Source of the DNA: Chloroflexota bacterium
GTDB taxonomy: Bacteria; Chloroflexota; Dehalococcoidia; UBA2979
Length of the DNA stretch: 64,000 nucleotides
Direction of reading: 5' to 3'
NCBI GenBank assembly: GCA_027593235.1
Contig: JAQCIU010000010.1
Location: forward strand, 1-64,000
Shown: positions 57,156 through 64,000 of the stretch, piece after piece
How positions within the stretch are numbered: position 1 is the stretch's first letter
Layout: every line of letters starts with the position of its first letter
Program-made: the position numbers and the translations under genes
Notes under the pieces: generated by a model
Databases searched by the model: none
Seen by the model: the letters and a program-made list of their open reading frames with translations, nothing else
Told to the model about the DNA's origin: nothing

Positions 57156-57845
57156 ATGTCTCTCAGCAGCTGCTTCACCGGATTCCGTGGCGCGCGTAAG
57201 CGCACCGCGAACGAAGCCCTCGAGGAGCCCACACGCCTCGAGGCAGCATTCGATGGCCGCCCGCTGCTCGTCGTTGGCCTTGGCAATCCCGGGGGCGAGT
57301 ACGGGAACACGCGCCACAACATCGGCGTCCGCGTCATCGCGCAGCTCGCGAAGCGGCACGGCGTTTCGCTCGAACGGCACGGCAAGATCGATCGCGTCGC
57401 GGTCACGGTCGATGGCCGCGAGATCACGCTCGCGCGCCCGCGTGCGTTCATGAACGTGAGCGGTCCACCGGTCGCCGCGGAGCTGCGCCGGTTGCAGCTT
57501 CAACCGGAGGCGCTGCTCGTTGTCTATGACGACCTCGATCTGCCCGTCGGCCGGTTGCGGCTGCGGCAGACCGGGAGCGCGGGCGGCAACAATGGCATGA
57601 AGTCGCTGATCGCCTCGGTTGGAACGAAGGACTTTGGGCGCGCGCGGATCGGCATCGACCGCCCCTACGAGGACGGCAAGGGCGTCCGTGACCCCGATCG
57701 GATCGCTGAGTGGGTGCTGTCCGCGCCCAACCCCGATGACCGCCGTCTCCTCGAGGACGCGATCACCCGCGCGGCCGACGCGATCGAACTGGCGCTCCAA
57801 CGCGGCCTCGAGGTTGCCATGGGGGAGTACAACCGGATCGAGTGA
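57156..57845 (+). CDS. pth: Peptidyl-tRNA hydrolase
   Basis: VVGLGNPG.EY..TRHNIG, FMN.SG, VYDDLDLP.G, GSAGGNNG, RIGI.RP. Confidence 0.95.
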   Translation: MSLSSCFTGFRGARKRTANEALEEPTRLEAAFDGRPLLVVGLGNPGGEYGNTRHNIGVRVIAQLAKRHGVSLERHGKIDRVAVTVDGREITLARPRAFMNVSGPPVAAELRRLQLQPEALLVVYDDLDLPVGRLRLRQTGSAGGNNGMKSLIASVGTKDFGRARIGIDRPYEDGKGVRDPDRIAEWVLSAPNPDDRRLLEDAITRAADAIELALQRGLEVAMGEYNRIE

Positions 57846-57865
57846 GCAGGCGCCGGGAGGCCACC

Positions 57866-59227
57866 ATGTCCGTGCTTCGAAGTTCGATCCTCCTTGGGAT
57901 CCTCGCCCTCGCCGGAGCGCTCGGCACCGCCTGCGGCGGCGGATCGGCCACCGAGGCGCCCTCCGCGACGCACCTCGAAACCAACTTCGCCGTCACCCCG
58001 CAGGACGGCGTCGCGATGCTGGACGCAGATACCGTCGAGGCGCGACTCGTCTCCGCGGCTCCTGCCACGGGCGAGTATCGCTTCAAGGCTGGGACGGATC
58101 TCGGCAGTGTCACCGTCGGACAGCCGATCGTCGTCCCCGGCGAAGGCTTCGGCATCGTCCGCGAAGTGGTGGACGACGGCGGCGATGTCGTGCTGCGCCT
58201 CGACGAGGCGACCCTCGCCGATGTGATCCAGGACGGCGAACTCTCCTGGGATTACGACGTCGCCTGGGACGACTTCGACATCACCTACGACCAGGTCGCC
58301 TCGATCCCCGGCATTACGAACGTCGTCATTCACCGCGATGTCGACGCAAGCGGCTATCAAGACATCGCCTACCAGACGCCGACCCCTCGAAAGATCGAGC
58401 TGTCGTTCGAGCACGAAGGCTGGACCTTCAAGATCGAGTTCGAGCCGAAAGACAGCAAGCTCAATTTCAAGCTCACCGCCGGTCTGAAACGCGGCGGCTC
58501 CGAGCCGGCCGCGATCAGCGGTGAGGGCTGGATCAGCGGCTTCAACTACTCCTCGATCGCACACTTCAGCGATGGCTCGCCGTCCGACCTCGATACCCAG
58601 ATCAACGGGCTGCAGGGCGAACTGGAATTGAAGTGGGCGGCGTTCACGGACCCGGGCACGACGGTCGCCGAGATCGTGCGCTTCAAGGTGCCGGTCTCCG
58701 TTCCCTTCGCGCTGCCGGGACCGTTCGGGATTCCGTTCGTCCTCCAGATCAAGATGGCCGGGCGCATCGTCCCCGAACTCTCCGTGCCGTCGGCCTCCAG
58801 CGGTGGCAGTTGGAAGATCAGCTACTCCAGCGACCAGGGCTTCAACGTGGATGACGGCATCGGGAAGCCGACGGGCAGCGCCAGCTCGCAGAAGATCGAC
58901 ACCTCGGGGGATACCGTCAGTGCGGGACAGGGACCGGTCGGCTTCGGGCTGGGTTTCGAGTTCCCACGGTTCGAACTCGGGGTCGCGGGACTCGACCCGT
59001 TCGCGTTCATCACGCTGGACATGTACAGCACGAGTCTCTGGACGCCGGGAACGCTGCTCACCGGCGACATTCCACCGTGCCAGTACGGTTACACGAAGCA
59101 TTCCGCGGTCGCCGGCTACGAGTTGAAGATCATGGGTTGGGGCGGGCTGTCCGACCAGTACACGTTGTTTGAGCAGCAAGTCGACAAGTACCTCGACGGG
59201 AAGAAGTGCACGCTGACCGGCAGCTAG
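57866..59227 (+). CDS. Beta-rich lipoprotein of unknown function
   Basis: Lipobox GTAC; GGAGG RBS; C-terminal Cys pair. Confidence 0.7.
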   Translation: MSVLRSSILLGILALAGALGTACGGGSATEAPSATHLETNFAVTPQDGVAMLDADTVEARLVSAAPATGEYRFKAGTDLGSVTVGQPIVVPGEGFGIVREVVDDGGDVVLRLDEATLADVIQDGELSWDYDVAWDDFDITYDQVASIPGITNVVIHRDVDASGYQDIAYQTPTPRKIELSFEHEGWTFKIEFEPKDSKLNFKLTAGLKRGGSEPAAISGEGWISGFNYSSIAHFSDGSPSDLDTQINGLQGELELKWAAFTDPGTTVAEIVRFKVPVSVPFALPGPFGIPFVLQIKMAGRIVPELSVPSASSGGSWKISYSSDQGFNVDDGIGKPTGSASSQKIDTSGDTVSAGQGPVGFGLGFEFPRFELGVAGLDPFAFITLDMYSTSLWTPGTLLTGDIPPCQYGYTKHSAVAGYELKIMGWGGLSDQYTLFEQQVDKYLDGKKCTLTGS

Positions 59228-59334
59228 TGGGTCGTGTCGCCGCGAAGGACTGCCGCCGGCGCAGACGGCCCAGCTTGACCCTCGATCAGCGTCGAACACA
59301 GCGGTCGCGATACACTCGCTGAGCACAACGTCGA

Positions 59335-59365
59335 GGGCCATTCCGCGAGGAACGGCCCCCTTTTT
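59335..59365 (+). terminator. Terminator-like hairpin with GNRA loop and U-tract
   Basis: gggccattcc-gcga-ggaacggccc-cc-ttttt. Confidence 0.55.
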
Positions 59366-59380
59366 GCGTGGGAGACGCGC

Positions 59381-62300
59381 GTGGACCTCAGCTCGGCGCT
59401 GCCCCTGCTCCAGGCGGTCGAACCACTGACCGAGGTGTACTCGCGCCTTGATGCGGGTGAGCGCGTCACGCTCGGCATGCCGGACTCGGCCAAAGCGGTG
59501 ACCGCCGCACTGCTCTGGCGGCGCCACCGCAAGCCCACGCTGTTGATCGTCGCTCGCGAGGTGGACGCCCAGTCCTACGCCGAACAGCTCTCCGCCTGGA
59601 CCGGCGGTCGCGCCATGCTGTTCCCCTCCCACGGCACGATGCCGTACCAGCGCGAAGCGCCGGACGCCGGGATCACCGCGGAGCGGCTCCGTGTCCTCGC
59701 CGAGATCTCGAATCCGACCGCCGGTCCGCCGCTGGTGATCGCGTCGGTCGCCTCTGCCGTCAGTCACACGCTGGCGCCGGCGGACCTCTCTCGAGGTGCC
59801 GGAACCGTCGCCAGCGGCGAGTCGATCGGCCTCGATCAGCTCGCGCGGCGCCTCGTCGCCGCCGGCTACGACATCGGCCCGCTGGTCGAGCTTCCAGGAC
59901 AGGCCGCCCGCCGCGGTGGACTCGTCGACGTCTTCCCGCCGATCCTCCGTTTCCCCGTCCGCATCGAGTTCTTCGGCGACGAGGTGGAATCGATCCGGGT
60001 GTTCGACCCGGACACCCAGCGCACCGTGGAGCACCTCGATCGCATCGCGATCGGTCCCGCGCGCGAGTGGTACGCCGAGGCGGGCGACCTCGTGCGGCTC
60101 GCGGCGCGCCTCGGTCGTGTCGACACCGACGCCGCTGAGGAGGAAGTCGCGTCGCTCCGGCGCGGGCAGCTCGCGGCTCCCGATCGCTACGGCCCGCTCG
60201 CCAGCGAGGCAACCCTGCTCGATCACCTCCAGCGCGACGCGTTGGTCCTGATCGACGAGCGCGAAACGGTCGAGGCGGCCGCCTCGGACCAGGACGACCT
60301 CACCGAGGAACGTCGCGCGGACCTCGCGAAACAACAGGACCTCGATCCCGACGCTCCGCTGCCGCACGCCACCCGCAACGAACTGGTCGCGGCGATCGAG
60401 GGCCACCCCCGCCGCGTCGAACTCGCGCGCTGGGCAACCGGCCGCGAACCGGGCGCGTTTCGACTCCCATTCGGCACCGCCGATGCCTACGCCGGGCGGC
60501 TACCAGCGGCCGCTGGCGACCACGCACGCCAGCTCGCCCGCCGTGATCGCGTTGTCGTCGTCACCCAGCAGGCACAGCGCTACACCGAGGTCCTCGCCGA
60601 GAACGGCGTCCCCGCCGCGGTTCAGTCCGTACTACCCGAAGCCCCGGACGGTGGTTCGCTCTCGCTCCTCCAGGGCGCATTGCCCGAGGGCTGGACGATC
60701 GCGACGCCGCGCGGGATCGTCTCCCTCACCACCGATCGTGAGCTGTTCGGTTTCGTGAAGCAGCGCCGCCAGCTCCGTAAGCGCGCCACGCACCGTTCGC
60801 AGTTCCTTGCCGAGGTTCGCCCCGGCGACTTCGTCGTCCACGCCGATCACGGCATCGCCCGGTTCGGCGGCATCGTGCGCCGCCCCGTTGGCGACGAGGA
60901 TCGCGACTACCTCGAACTGCGCTACGCCGACGAGGATCGCATTTACGTTCCGGTCGAGCAGGTCGACAAAGTCTCGCGATACAGCGGACCGTCCGGCCAC
61001 GCGCCCCGACTGACCCGCCTCGGCACCCAGGAATGGACGCGGGCGCGGGCGCGAGTGAAGGCCGCCGTCTCGATCGTCGCGGCCGACCTCGTGCGCCTCT
61101 ACGCTGCGCGTCAGATGCTGCAGGGCCACGCCTTCGGCGAGGACACCGCGTGGCAGGGCGAGCTCGAGGCCGCCTTCCCCTACGAGGAGACCGAGGACCA
61201 GCTCGCGGCGATCGTGGCCGTGAAGGCCGACATGCAGTCGGAGCAGCCGATGGACCGCGTCATCTGCGGCGACGTCGGCTTCGGCAAGACCGAGGTCGCG
61301 GTGCGCGCCGCCTTCAAGGCGGTCCAGGAGGGTTACCAGGTCGCCGTCCTCGTCCCCACGACCGTCCTCGCGCAGCAGCACCTCAATACCTTCCGCGAGC
61401 GGGTCGCCGGGTTCCCGGTCACCGTCGACGTGCTGTCGCGGTTCCGCACCGACAGCGAGGCTGCCGAGGTGATCGCGCGCACGGGTCGCGGCGAGATCGA
61501 CATCCTGATCGGCACGCACCGCATGCTCGATCCGAACATCCAGTTCCAGAACCTGGGTCTGGTGATCATCGACGAAGAGCAGCGCTTCGGTGTCACCCAC
61601 AAGGAACGCCTCAAGCGGATGCGGCTCGAGGTGGACGTGCTCACACTGTCTGCCACACCGATCCCGCGCACGATGCACATGGCGCTCAGCGGCATCCGCG
61701 ACATGTCCACGATCGACACGCCGCCCGAGACACGGCAAGCGGTTCAGACCTACGTCACCGAATGGGACGAGGCGATCGTCCGCGAGGCGATCCTCCACGA
61801 GGTCGAACGCGGCGGGCAGGTCTACGTCGTACACAACCGGGTGCGCACCATCGATGCGTTCGCGGATCACATCCGCGAGATGGTTCCGGAGGCGCGCGTC
61901 GTCATCGGGCATGGGCAGATGCCGCCGTCGATCCTCGAGAACGTCATGAGCAAATTCGCGGATGCCGAGTTCGATGTCCTCGTCTGCACGACGATCATCG
62001 AGTCCGGAATCGACATCGCAAACGTCAATACGATGATCGTCGATCGCGCGGACCGCCTGGGCCTCGCGCAGATGTACCAACTCCGTGGCCGCGTCGGCCG
62101 TGGTTCGAATCAGGCGTACGCCTACCTAATGCACCCGAAAGACTCGGTACTCAACGAGGTCGCCCAGCAGCGCCTCTCGACGATCTTCGAGGCCAGCGAG
62201 CTGGGCGCCGGCTTCCAGGTCGCCCTCCGCGACCTGGAGATCCGAGGTGCCGGCAACCTCCTCGGCGCCGAACAGAGCGGCAACATCGCGACCGTTGGCT

Positions 62301-62848
62301 TCGACCTCTACACGCAAATGCTGGCCGAGGCCGTCGAGGAGCTGAAGGCCTCCCACGAGAACCGCGAGCGCGCACCACTGCAGCACGAGAAGCAGCGCGA
62401 CCTGCGCCAGGTGGTGATCGACCTCCCCGTCGCCTCGTTCATCCCCGAGCCCTACATCGAGGAGATCGACGGTCGGCTCGCCCTCTACCAGCGCATCTCG
62501 GCGCTCACCGACCGGGCTGCGGCGGATCTGCTGGAGCAGGAGACCGCGGATCGCTTCGGCGAGATCCCGGAGCCACTCGCCCACCTCTTCCAGCTCGTCA
62601 GGCTCCGGCTGGCCGCGGCCGCCGCCAATCTCGGCTCGATCCGCATGGACGGCGACGAGCTGGTGCTGACTGCCGCCGGCCGTCCCTTCTCCTCCCGCAC
62701 GCTGCCCCGCCTGCCCTCGGGCGTGCGTCGCGGCGCGACGCAGCTCCGCCTCGAACGCCGCGCGCTCGGCCGCGAGTGGCTCGAACCCCTCGATGCGCTC
62801 GTGCGACTCCTCGGCGATGACGCCGCGCTCGCACCCACCGGCGCCTGA
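59381..62848 (+). CDS. mfd: Transcription-repair coupling factor
   Basis: UvrB-homology region, RID (GDFVVH..HGI), CGDVGFGKTEVA, DEEQRFG, SATPIPRT, QLRGRVGR, DLEIRGAGNLLG. Confidence 0.97.
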   Translation: MDLSSALPLLQAVEPLTEVYSRLDAGERVTLGMPDSAKAVTAALLWRRHRKPTLLIVAREVDAQSYAEQLSAWTGGRAMLFPSHGTMPYQREAPDAGITAERLRVLAEISNPTAGPPLVIASVASAVSHTLAPADLSRGAGTVASGESIGLDQLARRLVAAGYDIGPLVELPGQAARRGGLVDVFPPILRFPVRIEFFGDEVESIRVFDPDTQRTVEHLDRIAIGPAREWYAEAGDLVRLAARLGRVDTDAAEEEVASLRRGQLAAPDRYGPLASEATLLDHLQRDALVLIDERETVEAAASDQDDLTEERRADLAKQQDLDPDAPLPHATRNELVAAIEGHPRRVELARWATGREPGAFRLPFGTADAYAGRLPAAAGDHARQLARRDRVVVVTQQAQRYTEVLAENGVPAAVQSVLPEAPDGGSLSLLQGALPEGWTIATPRGIVSLTTDRELFGFVKQRRQLRKRATHRSQFLAEVRPGDFVVHADHGIARFGGIVRRPVGDEDRDYLELRYADEDRIYVPVEQVDKVSRYSGPSGHAPRLTRLGTQEWTRARARVKAAVSIVAADLVRLYAARQMLQGHAFGEDTAWQGELEAAFPYEETEDQLAAIVAVKADMQSEQPMDRVICGDVGFGKTEVAVRAAFKAVQEGYQVAVLVPTTVLAQQHLNTFRERVAGFPVTVDVLSRFRTDSEAAEVIARTGRGEIDILIGTHRMLDPNIQFQNLGLVIIDEEQRFGVTHKERLKRMRLEVDVLTLSATPIPRTMHMALSGIRDMSTIDTPPETRQAVQTYVTEWDEAIVREAILHEVERGGQVYVVHNRVRTIDAFADHIREMVPEARVVIGHGQMPPSILENVMSKFADAEFDVLVCTTIIESGIDIANVNTMIVDRADRLGLAQMYQLRGRVGRGSNQAYAYLMHPKDSVLNEVAQQRLSTIFEASELGAGFQVALRDLEIRGAGNLLGAEQSGNIATVGFDLYTQMLAEAVEELKASHENRERAPLQHEKQRDLRQVVIDLPVASFIPEPYIEEIDGRLALYQRISALTDRAAADLLEQETADRFGEIPEPLAHLFQLVRLRLAAAAANLGSIRMDGDELVLTAAGRPFSSRTLPRLPSGVRRGATQLRLERRALGREWLEPLDALVRLLGDDAALAPTGA

Positions 62849-62868
62849 CCGGCACCGCGAGGTCAGAC

Positions 62869-63630
62869 GTGCGTTTCCGCCCCTGCATCGATCTCCACGA
62901 CGGCGCCGTGAAGCAGATCGTTGGCGCCACGCTCACCGAGTCCGCCGATCACCTGGAGACGAACTTCGAGGCAGAACACCCGCCCGAGTGGTTCGCGGAG
63001 CGCTACCGACAGGATCGCCTCCCCGGTGGCCACGTCATCCAGCTCGGCTCCGGAAACGAGCGCGCCGCGCGCGCAGCGCTCGCCGCGTGGCCCGGCGGGA
63101 TGCAGCTCGGTGGTGGGGTCACCCTCGACAACGCCGCCGACTGGCTCGAAGCCGGCGCCAGCCACGTGATCGTCACCTCGTGGGTCTTCCAGGGCGGCGT
63201 GATCCGCACGGACCGCCTCGAGGCCCTGCGCGCCGCAGTCGGTCGCGACCGTGTCGTCCTCGACCTCAGTTGCCGCAAGCGCGGCGACGAATACCTGGTG
63301 GCCACCAACCGCTGGCAACAACTCACCACCGAGGCCGTCACCCACGCCCTCCTCGTCCGCCTCGCCGAGTACTGCTCCGAGTTCCTGATCCACGCCGTCG
63401 ATGTCGAGGGACTCGTCGCCGGCATCGATGCCGATCTGGTCGCGATCCTCGGAAGCTGGGATGGGCTCCCGCTCACCTACGCGGGCGGCATCCGTTCCGC
63501 GGACGACATCGCGCAAATCGAGACGCTCGGCCACGGCCGCATCGACTTCACCGTCGGGAGCGCCCTCGACATCTTCGGCGGCACCGCCCTCCGCTACGCC
63601 GACCTCGCCTCCCGCTACCGCGCGGACTAG
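62869..63630 (+). CDS. hisA: ProFAR isomerase, HIS6 (eukaryotic-like) type
   Basis: RFRPCIDLH.G.VKQIVG.TL, GHVIQLG, VIVTSWVF, LDLSCR, HAVDVEG, TVGSALDIFGG. Confidence 0.92.
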   Translation: MRFRPCIDLHDGAVKQIVGATLTESADHLETNFEAEHPPEWFAERYRQDRLPGGHVIQLGSGNERAARAALAAWPGGMQLGGGVTLDNAADWLEAGASHVIVTSWVFQGGVIRTDRLEALRAAVGRDRVVLDLSCRKRGDEYLVATNRWQQLTTEAVTHALLVRLAEYCSEFLIHAVDVEGLVAGIDADLVAILGSWDGLPLTYAGGIRSADDIAQIETLGHGRIDFTVGSALDIFGGTALRYADLASRYRAD

Positions 63631-63721
63631 GAGGCGACGTCGGGTTCAACGAGACCTCACCTAATCCGCGGAACCGCGCGACCCTCTCTGGCGTCTTACC
63701 GTCGACACCTCGGAGCCCCCC

Positions 63722-64000
63722 ATGCACCGCCCCCTCTTCGTCATCCTCGCCTGTGCGACCCTCCTCCTCGCCGCCTGCAGTGCCGAGGAACACCCAACCT
63801 CGACGCCCACACAGACCACGGGACAGACCGCCACGCCGGCTGTCTCACCCAGCCCCGAGCCGACGACCCGCGCTCCGTTCGTCCTCCAAACGCCGGCGCC
63901 CACCCCAGAACTCCTCCACCTGTACGCCACGGTCTGGCTGGTCGACATCCGCGACGGGACACAGACGACGCTCACGGGATTCCTCGGTACCGCCCCGTAT
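63722..64000 (+). CDS. Lipoprotein (truncated by the window end)
   Basis: MHRPLFVILACATLLLAACS + Pro/Thr linker; open to the end of the window. Confidence 0.7.
   Translation, partial: MHRPLFVILACATLLLAACSAEEHPTSTPTQTTGQTATPAVSPSPEPTTRAPFVLQTPAPTPELLHLYATVWLVDIRDGTQTTLTGFLGTAPY

Noticed and set aside
57665-60406. 913-aa minus-strand ORF
   Set aside because: Antisense shadow of pth, the lipoprotein and mfd; expected in high-GC DNA, with no motifs
61033-62820. 595-aa alternative-frame ORF inside mfd
   Set aside because: Arg/Gly/Pro-rich off-frame artefact of GC3 bias

Overview
High-GC (about 70% by eye) bacterial chromosomal window. Gene content points to Chloroflexota, probably Dehalococcoidia (Tepidiformales/SAR202-like): a Chloroflexus-type malyl-CoA lyase, a PBP with C-terminal Ig-like repeats, an F420-dependent LLM oxidoreductase, an MDMPI-family protein and many lipoproteins. 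This taxonomy is inferred. The window is densely coded with about 67 plausible CDS, mostly housekeeping and metabolic (PBP1A, mcl, an SucCD-like ligase, ferredoxins, dut, plsY, nuoI and a NuoG-like protein, pyrE, iscS, an ADP-forming acyl-CoA ligase, pth, mfd, hisA). I saw no rRNA, tRNA, CRISPR array, transposase or integrase. Four items stand out. (1) An ECF sigma/anti-sigma pair flanked by an N-terminally shorter paralog of the anti-sigma, with a CGTCACAAAC-N12-GCAAT motif before both sigma and anti-sigma. (2) A perfect 48-bp palindrome that coincides with a frameshift in that paralog. (3) An SucCD-like ligase with citryl-CoA-synthetase-like motifs, clustered with malyl-CoA lyase and ferredoxins. 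(4) A roughly 600-bp structured intergenic region upstream of pth (candidate ncRNA or attenuator). All family calls come from motif recognition by eye, not from database searches.
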